Shown one piece after another: positions 1 to 10,495 of a DNA stretch of 33,827 nucleotides. This stretch comes from Trichomonas gallinae. Its lineage: Eukaryota. The first letter of the stretch is position 1, and the number at the start of each line of letters is the position of its first letter. The stretch is taken from positions 1-33,827 of the forward strand of contig MRSU01002305.1 in assembly GCA_008369845.1 (NCBI GenBank), written 5' to 3'. A program made the position numbers and the translations under genes. Below the pieces are notes generated by a model. It saw nothing but the letters and a program-made list of their open reading frames with translations, was not told the origin of the DNA and did no database searches.

Positions 1-675
1 ATTTTTATAATCCAAAAAGGCTTCATTTGTAGGACCGATAAGATTTTAACGTCATTTCTATCGTCGTTTCTACACCTCTACTCATCATAGGAAGTAACTC
101 ACCCACATGTTATGCGATAACTCAGGAGAAAAAAAGTTACATGTGGAGGCATGCCTCATCCCATTTTGCGACATCCTTAACTCATCTTTTGCATATAGTC
201 ATCCTAAACAATAATGTACGCAAACTTTATAAAGAGAAAAACAAGGTGCAAAATATTTCTTTCTTAGTAAATCAATATATTATATAGGAAACATGTTCTT
301 CTCAGCAAAATCGTTCCAAATTAAGGCTGTGGATATATTAGTACCATGTGGGTTATAAACTAGAAAATGTCAAAAAGTTATGAGAGATTCATAGAGTTTG
401 AACGACATCATCTTCATGAGAATTAATTTTGATATTATTTTTGTTACAAAGTTGATTAATAAAACAACAGCTATAATTTGCCATATATCAGTACCGTGTT
501 AATATTGTACCAGATTTATTAAAACACGCAAATTGATAAAAAAAATTATTAAATTTTTGGACTTGTTAATAAAGATCAAAATATCCTTCAATAACAGGTT
601 GAATATATATTATTTGAATGAATAAATTAGAGAAATAAAAAAAGCAATGATTAACAAAAAATACAAACATATAAT

Positions 676-1986
676 TTACAAGTCGCTGATTTGGGAGTCA
701 CCAAACAGCTCAACAAGATCCTCATGGCTCTTAGGACGAATGATTGTTGCTCCACTGCTCGCATCATAGTCAATCGTAGGCCAAACAATGCCGATAATCA
801 AAATAGCCCCGACAGCTTGAATGATGTAGTCAGATAGGAATGATATGGAACTGATAGACAAGTTCTCGTTCGCGATGTAGGCCATGATCACCATCCTAGG
901 CAGTGCAACAATGAGAAGAATGACAATTGTCACAAATATGTTCGTTCTCTGGTATGTCGCACTCTGGTAAAAAGCGAATAAAAGGTGGTGAAGGGTCATT
1001 GTCATCATCGTAATTTTGAAAACAATGGAGGTCGCGAAGAAAAACATCCAAATTGCATCATTATTATCAAATAGTCTGCTTAAGACGATTGAATCTGATG
1101 TAAGTAAGAAAATTCCGTCTGATATAATAAATATTAAACCAATAATGAGAGATGGGAGCATGGAAGTCGTAACATAGTAAGTCATGGAGATAGCAAATAA
1201 TGTTAAGTACATTAACGACTGCGTTATGCCTTTGAAAAATAATTCAAATATATGCATAAAAGCAGTATGATAATTATTGAATATCAGGAGTGAAACTGTT
1301 GTCAGCGATATTAGTGCTAGTGCTAAAAGCTGAGTCGTTTCTATAGCGTTTGAATTATTTAATAATAAAAACGCATATAAGAACATAACTATCGAACATT
1401 CGAAACTGAAAGCTTTGGATACAATATATGATAGCCGTTCAAATCGTAAACTGTTATGAATTTCGATGATTTGAACTTTTGTTGAATTTCCAAAAGTTCC
1501 TGTTAAGAAAACTTGGCCAGTCGCATGCGAAATATTTGTTCCAGTTGTAATCATTAACTCTGTGCGGCCATAAGGAATAGAAGAATAGGATCTGTGAATG
1601 CGAGTTTTTGAATTTCCGATAGATATGTCAATAACTGATTCCAAAGCGAATTTATCGTTAATGTGGTCGATTGTCTTATTTGTATCAGTAATACTCAAGA
1701 AAACAGCCAATCTTTTCGCAATCGATGCTTCTTTTGTTAGGTGAAAAATCATATAATAATCATTATACTGATTTGACGACGATACTCCATCGATGTAATG
1801 AACTTCATCTGCATTTTGCTTTGTTAACATAGCGAATAAAACTGAAATAATGATGGTTATAAAAGATATTATTGACCAGGTGATGTAAAAGTTTCTATCT
1901 TTGCGTTCTATACTAGAAGCAAATTGAAATTTTACTTTTCTGCCCATTTCCTCTTGAAAAGGAAATGTCATCGAAATATTTGACAT
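676..1986 (-). CDS. Multi-pass membrane protein with Wntless/TMEM181-like architecture (1 N-terminal TM, lumenal domain, about 7 C-terminal TMs)
   Basis: 436-aa ORF. Hydrophobic segment FYITWSIISFITIIISVLFAML, then an approximately 130-aa polar domain, then about 7 hydrophobic segments ending ...ILIIGIVWP. The family is inferred from topology only. Confidence 0.75.
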   Translation of the reverse strand: MSNISMTFPFQEEMGRKVKFQFASSIERKDRNFYITWSIISFITIIISVLFAMLTKQNADEVHYIDGVSSSNQYNDYYMIFHLTKEASIAKRLAVFLSITDTNKTIDHINDKFALESVIDISIGNSKTRIHRSYSSIPYGRTELMITTGTNISHATGQVFLTGTFGNSTKVQIIEIHNSLRFERLSYIVSKAFSFECSIVMFLYAFLLLNNSNAIETTQLLALALISLTTVSLLIFNNYHTAFMHIFELFFKGITQSLMYLTLFAISMTYYVTTSMLPSLIIGLIFIISDGIFLLTSDSIVLSRLFDNNDAIWMFFFATSIVFKITMMTMTLHHLLFAFYQSATYQRTNIFVTIVILLIVALPRMVIMAYIANENLSISSISFLSDYIIQAVGAILIIGIVWPTIDYDASSGATIIRPKSHEDLVELFGDSQISDL

Positions 1987-1994
1987 TTAAATTA

Positions 1995-2048
1995 TTTACA
2001 CGACAAAAATCTAACATAAATGACAAATATTTAATTTATATGTCAAAA
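1995..2048. promoter_or_regulatory. Phased TGWCRTGTAAA-like motif cluster upstream of the 676..1986 gene
   Basis: tttacacgacaaaa (1995), taaatgacaaa (2017), tttatatgtcaaaa (2035). The g(a/t)caaa cores at 2002, 2022 and 2042 are 20 bp apart. Confidence 0.5.
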
Positions 2049-2382
2049 ATATAAATTCATTTTATATCGTGATATCTTTAATGGATGAGCTCAGCATCAT
2101 GATGTCATAATAATCTTTTTGGTAGATGGTACCATACATATTCATAACGTCTCTTTTAAATATCTTGTGAAGGACAATAAAATACTTTAAAGCTACATTT
2201 GAGCAAACTAAATTTATTATTTCTACATTATCATACTGTGCTAATGCTTAGATATCATACTTATAGGTACTTGAGGATGTATATATTATTATATATTAGT
2301 TTAAGTCAAATTTATTATTGCGTTGAAGTTTCATTATTATTTTTTTTTTAGCTGGAAAATTTTAAAAACTGACAAAAAAAAA

Positions 2383-3513
2383 ATGTCGGTGGCCAAAAAG
2401 ATTCAGATTAATATTATTGAAAGTGGTCAACGAGATGATTACATCATTAAGCTTACAACGAAATCAAAGAAAGGCATCTATATCAATACAATATCAGGTG
2501 AGAAACATAAAATTATAAATCAAGCTAAATCAATTTTTATCGAAAATGCAGGATTTAATGGTTTAATTGATATTTCAAAACAAAGGAAAGTTCTCAAACC
2601 AGAAAAAATCGATATTGTTTCAACTTTGGGATTATTATTAATCAAACCAACATCACTATCCTCCGACTTTAAAGCATTAGACATTCAAAGTCAGAATATT
2701 AAAGATGTAACAATTAATTTCGAGAAATTCGCTGAACAAAATAAGGATAATTTTGTAACTCAATTTTTCAAACGATTCATGCCTTGTAAGATATTTTTGG
2801 CAACATTTAAGGAATATTTTATATCAAAATTAATGATTCCTGCTTACTTTTTAGCAAAGTATCCACAAGATGTCGAGGATCTCATTAAACAAATTAAAAA
2901 TAATCAAATACGGATAAAGATACATGCGGTTCCTTCGGATTTTTATGATGAATATAAATCCGTAACTGAATTTAAAAATCCAATTCTTGAAAATTATGGC
3001 ATCACGAATGAGAAAATGAATGAATTTAGTAAACTCACAATAGCTGATTTAAAGGTTATAATCAATACAGAAACTGCCAAACCATATTTACCAGGAATAA
3101 TTAATTCATTTTGCATTTTACCAACCAGCACAATTGACGAAATTTGTAGATACATGTATAGAAAGTGGGAAGGTCCAAGGGGATATTGCTTGTCATTTCT
3201 TATGCAAATGTGCAAGTGTGATACATCTTTTCGTGATTATTTATGCAAAGATATCATGAATGCCAAAGAATCTATTGTTAAGCATTTCAGGTACAACTTT
3301 GGCGGGTATGAGCAATTCTATCAATGGTTACAAGAAATGAAAAAATGTTCTAATTTCCAAAAATTTTTAAAAGATATTGATACAATAGCTATAGAAGAGT
3401 ATGCCAAACTACAGCCTAGGGATAATTCTCCAGAAGCAGCAGTAGTTGCTGATTTTGAAAAAGATTTCATTACAGATGTTATTGAATTAGTAGAATCTTA
3501 CATGACGAGTTAA
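2383..3513 (+). CDS. Hypothetical protein (about 376 aa)
   Basis: Long ORF. The track start at 2323 is a TTG inside AT-rich sequence; the first ATG is at 2383 (aaaATGtcg, MSVAKK). No recognised domain. Confidence 0.75.
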   Translation: MSVAKKIQINIIESGQRDDYIIKLTTKSKKGIYINTISGEKHKIINQAKSIFIENAGFNGLIDISKQRKVLKPEKIDIVSTLGLLLIKPTSLSSDFKALDIQSQNIKDVTINFEKFAEQNKDNFVTQFFKRFMPCKIFLATFKEYFISKLMIPAYFLAKYPQDVEDLIKQIKNNQIRIKIHAVPSDFYDEYKSVTEFKNPILENYGITNEKMNEFSKLTIADLKVIINTETAKPYLPGIINSFCILPTSTIDEICRYMYRKWEGPRGYCLSFLMQMCKCDTSFRDYLCKDIMNAKESIVKHFRYNFGGYEQFYQWLQEMKKCSNFQKFLKDIDTIAIEEYAKLQPRDNSPEAAVVADFEKDFITDVIELVESYMTS

Positions 3514-3819
3514 TTAATTGTGATTTACTATCATTAAACTATATATTATGTTGTTTTTATTTAACTAATATCATTTTTACCAAAAATCCGATGAATATAC
3601 GTCTATTCATTAGATTCTATTCTTCTTGAGTTATAGGTCGATAAATCACTTTTGTTTTCCCTATAAATAGAAAATTCAAAATTAATTCAGGGAAAGAATA
3701 TTCATTTGAGTTGTGGCATTAGATATAATGTCTGATTTTTGCAAAAAAAACTTTCGATGACCTTAATAACCCAAATTGAACTAAATGATACTTTTGAAAT
3801 ATTTTGTACAACATATGTG

Positions 3820-4035
3820 TTATTTGTCAACTGTATTTTCATCATTTGTTGGATAATTTTTAGCAATTTCGGCTAGTTTCAGTCTTCTTTCGTTCATTTT
3901 AATAATATAAGGAGTTTGAGACGGCAAAGCATAAACAATTGGAAAAGAAAACAAGTGTTCTGTATTTTTACTGTGAATTTTTTGTATTTGTTTAGGCGGA
4001 AGCTGCTGAGGAATAAATTCTTTCTGAGCACTCAT
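3820..4035 (-). CDS. Small hypothetical protein (71 aa)
   Basis: ATG-initiated ORF with protein-like composition. An Inr-like TCATTT lies within about 20 nt upstream on the coding strand. Divergent from the ankyrin gene. Confidence 0.55.
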   Translation of the reverse strand: MSAQKEFIPQQLPPKQIQKIHSKNTEHLFSFPIVYALPSQTPYIIKMNERRLKLAEIAKNYPTNDENTVDK

Positions 4036-4050
4036 TAGCTATACTAAAAA

Positions 4051-4280
4051 TGACATGTAATTAATTTTTTGACACATAAATATATTAAATCTGATATGTA
4101 AATTATAATTTTGACACAAGTTTCAAATGACATGTAAAGCATAATTTGACATATAAATTTATTAATATGACGTGTAATTAGATATTTTGACACACTAAAT
4201 TAGGTAAATATGACATGTAAATATTAATTTGGCATATAAATTTATTAAAATGACATGTAATTGAAATTTTGACGTGTAAA
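4051..4280. repeat. Degenerate tandem array of 12 TGACAYRTAA-like motifs, about 20-bp period
   Basis: Motif starts at 4051, 4070, 4092, 4112, 4128, 4147, 4168, 4188, 4211, 4230, 4251, 4270. The segments starting at 4128 and 4211 are near-identical (83-bp offset). Confidence 0.9.
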
Positions 4281-4322
4281 TATATGTAAACTTTGGACGT
4301 TAATAATAAGGTTATTTAAAAA

Positions 4323-5888
4323 ATGTTTGAAGAAGATATTGATTATAACAGCTTAAAATTACCGATTAGGAAGGTTAAATTCGTCAAGGATGTTTTTATC
4401 CCAGATTTTGCGGAAGTTCCATACCAATTACAGACACTTTTAGATGAAATTCAAGAAGATAATATTAATTCTATCGTCGAATTTATTGCAAATAACTATA
4501 AAAAGGATGAATTGCAGATACCAATCGATGAAATATTATTCTTTTCTAATCTAAGACAGAAGAAAAACAATCTTTTCGGAGAATTATTAATAAAAATAGG
4601 CGAACATTACGACTTTATTGTTGATCCAGTGAAAATAGGCAGAGAAAATGGTTTCATTGTCAGATACATGTATGATAAAGGTTATTATTCGCTCAAACAA
4701 GTCAAAGATGCCTGCGAAAACTGTTCTGTTTATCGTGAGAAAGGAATTTACCTCCCACTATATTTGTTTTTCGCTCATGAATTCAGTTTGTACGAGAAAG
4801 ATGCTCATTACTACGGTTTTTCATCAAAATATTACGAGAAATTGAAAGAAGACGATTATTACTTATTAGATGAGATCCTTAAGAACGGATATGAGACAAA
4901 TTCGATGCAATACTGTTTAATTCACGATGATTTGGCTAAATTCAAAATATTTTTGGAAAATGATTATGAAAACGGCGATACAATACTTTTGAACACTTTT
5001 GAAGGCCTCTACAGAGATTATGAGTTATATCTAGTCGAAGCTGCAGCTTATTTCGGCGCAGTTAAAATTTTCAAATATCTTTTTGATCAACGCGTTATTA
5101 TTGACGGAGATACAGTGCGCTGGGCTGTTATTGGTGGCTCCAAGGAGATAATTGACATGTGTGTTGAACGCGATGCTGATTTTTCAGAAGCTTTACAATA
5201 CGCATTTGAAGCTTATAACCCAGAAATTGCAGACTACATTCTCAAGATAACAAAGAAGATATGCACGCCTCAAGAAGCTGCCAAATCCGGTTACATCAAA
5301 GGCAATATTTTCGTTCTCGGCAACAACAACAGTATAAGTGGTGAAGCACTCCACGTTGCGCTTTCTAACAAGAAGAGATTACTGGCAAACATTCTTTTGC
5401 AGGAAGAATGCGATGCCACATGGAAATCAAATTCAGGGAGAACGTGTTTGCACGAAGCCTGCCAGAACGGATACTACGAAATCGTCACACTGCTGACACT
5501 GAGGCTTGCGGACTTTTCTTTGTCAGACTCTAAGAACACCCTTCCGCTTCATCTGGCTGCTTCATCAGGCGACTTGAAGCTCTTCAAGTTTGTCCTTGAG
5601 AACTCGAAAGATTTCATCGACGAAGTTGATGACTTTGGAACTCCTCTTCACTACGCTTGCCGCTACGGCTTCTATCAGGCAGCCGAGTGCCTCTTAAACG
5701 CTGGAGCTGATGTCAACAAGGCTGGATCAGGCGGCTACACTCCGCTTCACATTGCATCGAAGAGGAACAACGAGCAGATTGTTAGGCTGTTGAAAGAGAG
5801 AGGCGCAAACATGGTGGCCATCAGTGATAAAGGACACAAACCGAAGAAGATCTCCAAGTCTTTCTACGTCAAAGGCATCTTCCACTGA
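4323..5888 (+). CDS. DUF3447-type ankyrin repeat protein
   Basis: EAAAYFGAVKIFKYL and WAVIGGSKEII (DUF3447-like). C-terminal ankyrin repeats GRTCLHEAC, PLHLAA, GTPLHYAC, GYTPLHIAS, LLNAGADVN. Confidence 0.93.
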   Translation: MFEEDIDYNSLKLPIRKVKFVKDVFIPDFAEVPYQLQTLLDEIQEDNINSIVEFIANNYKKDELQIPIDEILFFSNLRQKKNNLFGELLIKIGEHYDFIVDPVKIGRENGFIVRYMYDKGYYSLKQVKDACENCSVYREKGIYLPLYLFFAHEFSLYEKDAHYYGFSSKYYEKLKEDDYYLLDEILKNGYETNSMQYCLIHDDLAKFKIFLENDYENGDTILLNTFEGLYRDYELYLVEAAAYFGAVKIFKYLFDQRVIIDGDTVRWAVIGGSKEIIDMCVERDADFSEALQYAFEAYNPEIADYILKITKKICTPQEAAKSGYIKGNIFVLGNNNSISGEALHVALSNKKRLLANILLQEECDATWKSNSGRTCLHEACQNGYYEIVTLLTLRLADFSLSDSKNTLPLHLAASSGDLKLFKFVLENSKDFIDEVDDFGTPLHYACRYGFYQAAECLLNAGADVNKAGSGGYTPLHIASKRNNEQIVRLLKERGANMVAISDKGHKPKKISKSFYVKGIFH

Positions 5889-6215
5889 GCCTTTGTTTTC
5901 TATATAAAATCTTTGTTTTATTTTCTTATAACTTGCACAACATATTATCAATATAATTTGCAAACTATTCATGAGTAAAACATCATTAACGTCTATTTTA
6001 ATACTGTATTCATTGATGCATATCATGTTCCATAAATTAAAAATCGAATCTAATTTTCACATCGTGATTATGTTTGTATATTCATGATTAATATATCATG
6101 ATATATTAAGCTTAATTCATATAGTTTATAATGAATGCAAAAAAAGGGAAAAAAAAGTTTTGTGTGAGAAATAATAAACACAATTTTATTTACAAATAAA
6201 AGAACAATATCAATA

Positions 6216-9200
6216 TCAGCTGTCGATGAAGTCATCGAAGTCGGATGTGATCTGTTTCTTTTCTTCGTTCGGGAAATCCTCGAATTCACCGTCGCTGATC
6301 TTGTCTGTATTGCCTTTGATCTCTGAAATGTTGTTGAAGTCATCTTTGGCATCTTTTTCGATCTGAGAGACAGAAGTATTCTTTGCTTCATCTAAATCAT
6401 TGTCTCCGATGCTGAAATCATCATCGAATCCATCATCTTTCTTCTCTTTTTCGGGCTCCGGTTGGCTGCTTCCTAAGATGTCGCCTAAAAGTGATGTGTT
6501 AGGTTTGTTTTCTGCTTCTTGAGGCTTCGATTGCATAGCATCACTGAGGAGTTCGCTGGATTTTTCAGCAGGCTTTTCTTCTTTTTTTATTTGTTTTGGT
6601 TCACTTTCGAAATCATCAGACTTGTTCTCTTCTTGTTTAGGCTGAGACTGAAGTGCTTTTTTCAGGAGGCCAGTGAAAAGTCCACCCTTTGATTTGTTTT
6701 CTTCTTCTTTTGGTTTCTCTTCTTCTTGCTTTGGCTGCGATTGTAGTGCATTTCTCAATAATCCAGTAAGAAGTCCACCTTTTGGTTTATCTTCTACAGC
6801 TTTTGTTTCTTTTGGTCTTTCTTCTTGCTGAGATTTTTGTTCACTTTCGAAATCATCAGTGTTGCTTTCTTCTTTTGGCTTTTCTTCCTCTTGTTTTGGT
6901 TTTTGCTCACTTTCAAATTCATCTTCTTTGTTTTCTTCCTTTAACGCTTCATTGACTTTGCCGACTAAATCAAGCTTTGGTTTCTTTTCGCTTTCGAAAT
7001 CATCATCCATCGATTTTTCTTCTTCTTTTGGTTTTTTCTCTTCTTTATGTAGAAGATTGTCCATCAAGTTTGGTTTTTCTTCTTGTTTGGCCTTTTCTTC
7101 GCTTTCGAAATCGTCAAAGTCGTCTTTTTCTTCACTTTTCTCCTCCTGGTTGTTTGCTGCGTTATTCAATGCGTCAGCAATGTTTAACTGCCTTTCTTTA
7201 TTATCATTTTCTTCTTTCTGAGATTTTTCTTCACTGTCAAAATCATCGAAATCATCTTTTTCTTCCTCTTTAGGCTTATTGTTTGTTATCTGCTTCTCTT
7301 CTTCTGGTTTCTTCTCTTCAGACTCAAATGAATCGATTTCTTTGTTTTCTTCTTCTTTCTTTGGTTCTTCATCGTCAACATCTTTGTGGCTATTGGCTTC
7401 AAGCTTCTCGTCATTGATGAAGCCGTCAATTGCGCCTTTAAGTGACAACTTTTCTGGCTTATTTTCTTCTGACTCAAATGAATCCACTGCTTTTTGATCA
7501 CTTTCTTTATTTTCTTCTTCTTGCTTCTTTTCTTCTGACTCAAATGAATTGTTTTCTTCCTCTTTCTTTTGTTCACTATCGTCAACATCTTTGTGTCCAC
7601 TTGCTTCAAGCTTCTCGTCATCAATAATTCCACCAATTGAAGATTTAAGTGACAAACTCTCCGGCTTCTTTTCTTCTTCCTTTTCACTCTCTTTCTTTTC
7701 GCTTTCTGTATTTTCAAACGAATCATTTTCTTGCTTCTCGTCATCTTTCTTTTCGTCTTCTGTGTGTTCGAAAGAATCTTTTTCTGTTGTATCAAATGAA
7801 TCTGTATCCTTCTTTTCGCTTTCTTTTTCTGTTGTTTCGAATGAATCATTAGCTTTGGATGTTGTATCGAATGAGTCTTTGGCTTGAGATGAAATTTCTT
7901 TGTTTTTGGCAGCTTCTGTGTCAGATTCGAAGTTTGTGTCATCGAAGGAATCTTTCAGTTTTTCATCACTTTTAATTTCACTTTTTGCTTCTGTTTCGAA
8001 GTCATCTGATTCCTTCTTTTCTTCTTCCATGTGAGGCTCTGTTTCAAACGAGTCTTCATTTGCTTTTTCATGTTCTGTTGATTCGAAATCATCTGATTGT
8101 TTCTTTTCATCTTCTTTTCCGTTTTCGATTTTGTCTTTAATGAATTCTTTGAGGTCAGGATCATCACTGTCGATTGTGGCATCCATGATCTTCGTAGTAT
8201 CAAGCTTAGACTCCTCTTCATCATTGTTTTGCTTGTCTTCCTTATTTGTTTCTTTTGTTTTGATGTCACTTTTAGATTCATGGACTTCTTTGTCAGACAA
8301 ATCATCTTCCAAGTCCGATGAAGAGACGGCAGTCTTGAGCTGCTCCGTCTCGAACATCGGGTTGTTGTTGTTGAGATCGTTCTTCTTCGGTGTGGCTTTC
8401 TTCTTCTTCTTGCAGGTCTTCCTTGGATACTTGTTCTGTGCTTTAAATTTAGGAGCAAGTTTGGAGTGAGAAATGCTTGAATACGAGATGTTGGAGTTCT
8501 CATCTTGTAGTGTTGATGTTGTGCTCTTCTCGAACTCGTCGCTGAGGAAGTCTTCCTCCTCTTCGCCTTTGTGTGAGAAGTTCTCTGTGCTGAGTTCTTC
8601 TTCGCCTTCGACATAATCCATTTTCATCGTGTTGCGTATTGAGTCTATGTCTAAATCTAAGCGTGCAATTGCATTCATGTCTTCTAGCTGTATTAGGAGA
8701 TTTTCTGTTGTGTATTCTTCGTGCATTTTTGCTAATTTGAGATGCATCTCGGATTCTCTTAATGCTAAATGAGTATCAACGTAGTCATCGAGAAGAGGAG
8801 CAATGCATTTGCCTTCTCCTTTGAGTGAAGCTGTTGCCAATGTCGTATTTTTCGCAATACTTTTTGTTTTTCGCGATCCTTGATTATTGAATTGTTTGTT
8901 TACTTCTGATTTCAAATAATTCCTGAATTTATCAGCGACACTGTATTCAGTGAGTGTGTCGCATGAATAACTGTATTCTTGTGATATTAAAGTATTGGCA
9001 ATTGATCTCTTATCATTCGTAATCTTGTTCGTCATTGTGTCTACTGCATGATTTAAATCACGTAAGTCTGGTTTATATGAAGCATGTTCGTTAATAATTG
9101 GAAGCATTTCAGAATGCGAGGTTTTATGTTGTAAATCAGAGAGTTCTTTATCTATATCTGATAAATCTTGCTCAGATTGGAAAATTGTCTGTCGTAATCT

Positions 9201-9467
9201 TGCATTTTCAGAAGTATTTTTAGAATTTTCGCCCAAATTCTGAGCAATTTGAATTGTATATTCATTTGCTTCAGCTTCTTGGTTTGCTGCTTCAGAATAC
9301 TGCCGCTGAACTTGAAGCAAATCTTTTTTCGCTCTTTTGAAGTCGTTTATTGCCTTAATTGCTTCATCATTTATATATTCTTGTTCTCTATATGGATCTC
9401 CACCCCTGTAATAGAAATTTTGTCGTCTGTAAGTGCCACGAGGATATATAAGAGGAACTTTCCTCAT
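6216..9467 (-). CDS. 1083-aa protein: N-terminal coiled coil plus long acidic disordered tail with many D-[D/S]-F-[D/E] motifs
   Basis: Uninterrupted ORF. Helical/heptad-like first 280 aa or so, then an E/D/K-rich tail with repeated DSFE/DDFES/DDFDDF and internal duplications. Confidence 0.88.
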   Translation of the reverse strand: MRKVPLIYPRGTYRRQNFYYRGGDPYREQEYINDEAIKAINDFKRAKKDLLQVQRQYSEAANQEAEANEYTIQIAQNLGENSKNTSENARLRQTIFQSEQDLSDIDKELSDLQHKTSHSEMLPIINEHASYKPDLRDLNHAVDTMTNKITNDKRSIANTLISQEYSYSCDTLTEYSVADKFRNYLKSEVNKQFNNQGSRKTKSIAKNTTLATASLKGEGKCIAPLLDDYVDTHLALRESEMHLKLAKMHEEYTTENLLIQLEDMNAIARLDLDIDSIRNTMKMDYVEGEEELSTENFSHKGEEEEDFLSDEFEKSTTSTLQDENSNISYSSISHSKLAPKFKAQNKYPRKTCKKKKKATPKKNDLNNNNPMFETEQLKTAVSSSDLEDDLSDKEVHESKSDIKTKETNKEDKQNNDEEESKLDTTKIMDATIDSDDPDLKEFIKDKIENGKEDEKKQSDDFESTEHEKANEDSFETEPHMEEEKKESDDFETEAKSEIKSDEKLKDSFDDTNFESDTEAAKNKEISSQAKDSFDTTSKANDSFETTEKESEKKDTDSFDTTEKDSFEHTEDEKKDDEKQENDSFENTESEKKESEKEEEKKPESLSLKSSIGGIIDDEKLEASGHKDVDDSEQKKEEENNSFESEEKKQEEENKESDQKAVDSFESEENKPEKLSLKGAIDGFINDEKLEANSHKDVDDEEPKKEEENKEIDSFESEEKKPEEEKQITNNKPKEEEKDDFDDFDSEEKSQKEENDNKERQLNIADALNNAANNQEEKSEEKDDFDDFESEEKAKQEEKPNLMDNLLHKEEKKPKEEEKSMDDDFESEKKPKLDLVGKVNEALKEENKEDEFESEQKPKQEEEKPKEESNTDDFESEQKSQQEERPKETKAVEDKPKGGLLTGLLRNALQSQPKQEEEKPKEEENKSKGGLFTGLLKKALQSQPKQEENKSDDFESEPKQIKKEEKPAEKSSELLSDAMQSKPQEAENKPNTSLLGDILGSSQPEPEKEKKDDGFDDDFSIGDNDLDEAKNTSVSQIEKDAKDDFNNISEIKGNTDKISDGEFEDFPNEEKKQITSDFDDFIDS

Positions 9468-9569
9468 GAATAAAAAAAACGAATTTTTAATTTTTGTTTT
9501 TATTAAAGATTTCAGCTATATATCCATTAATATTTAATAAAACGAAATAAAAATCGAATTTAATTATTT

Positions 9570-9772
9570 TGACTCGTAAACAATATTTTTGCTATGTAAA
9601 ATAAAATCCATTTGTCATGTAAATATATCAAATTTTGAGATATTTACATTGATTTTGACTTGTAAATGAAATTTCTGTTATGTAAATAATAAAATATTGC
9701 TTCATAAAGTTATCAATATTTTGATATAATTCAAAGCATTTTGACATGTAAACACGACTTTTGTTTTGTAAA
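9570..9772. repeat. Degenerate approximately 86-bp tandem repeat built from TGWCNTGTAAA-like sub-motifs
   Basis: tgactcgtaaa 9570, tgctatgtaaa 9590, tgtcatgtaaa 9613, tgacttgtaaa 9656, tgttatgtaaa 9676, tgacatgtaaa 9742, tgttttgtaaa 9762. The series 9570/9656/9742 and 9590/9676/9762 are each spaced 86 bp. Confidence 0.8.
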
Positions 9773-9908
9773 TGAAAAATATATATTTTTTGCATATATC
9801 AAAAAAAACTAATAGAATTGATTCACAAACCACAATTTAAAACATAGTACATAACAAAATTCAACAAATCAGCAATATATTAAATTTCAAAATATTCTAA
9901 ACTATTGA

Positions 9909-10487
9909 TCAAAGTTTGGATTTTTGGTCGCTTAGATCTCCACACATTTCGCGCTTATACTTCTTTTCTAATACGAATAACTCTTTGGATTGAGTTGCTA
10001 ATAAAGCTCGCAATTGAACGAGTAATTCTTGTGCTTCGGGCATTCTTAGTGTAACTTGTTTCTCTAAAGCATTGATTGTCTCTGTTAATGAAATGATGGT
10101 AGAATTTGCAGCAGCAATTCTTTGTTCTAAAACAGCTTCAGCTTTATCAAATGTTTTATTGTCTGATTTCATCTCGGATTCGACAGAACTCTTGAATTCA
10201 TTTCGTTTTTGTTTGTAATTTTCTAATTTAGTTTCCAAAACTTGAACTTCTTTTGCATAAAATTGAGCTTTTTCTTCTAACTTTTGCAAATATTCTTCTG
10301 CTTGTTTAGTAATCTCTCCTGTTTTAGATTTTGCTTCTTTATATTCGGAATTTAGTTGGAAAATGTATAAACTTTCGGCGTTGACAATTTTAATCGAATT
10401 CTTATATGGGTTCTTTTCGAAGTAATCATCATCCCACATATGTTTTGCGTCAGCATATCGATTTTCACGAATCTCACTGATGCTCAT
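9909..10487 (-). CDS. Coiled-coil hypothetical protein (192 aa)
   Basis: ATG-initiated ORF rich in E/K/Q/L with heptad-like pattern. Confidence 0.8.
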   Translation of the reverse strand: MSISEIRENRYADAKHMWDDDYFEKNPYKNSIKIVNAESLYIFQLNSEYKEAKSKTGEITKQAEEYLQKLEEKAQFYAKEVQVLETKLENYKQKRNEFKSSVESEMKSDNKTFDKAEAVLEQRIAAANSTIISLTETINALEKQVTLRMPEAQELLVQLRALLATQSKELFVLEKKYKREMCGDLSDQKSKL

Positions 10488-10495
10488 TTACTTTT

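Noticed and set aside
4051..4280. CRISPR-like interpretation of the regularly spaced array
   Set aside because: Repeats are about 10 bp and degenerate, spacers are about 10 bp AT-rich and related to each other, there are no cas genes, and the context is eukaryotic.
6068..9473. Numerous short overlapping ORFs within the 1083-aa gene
   Set aside because: Alternative-frame artefacts of E/K/D-rich low-complexity coding sequence.
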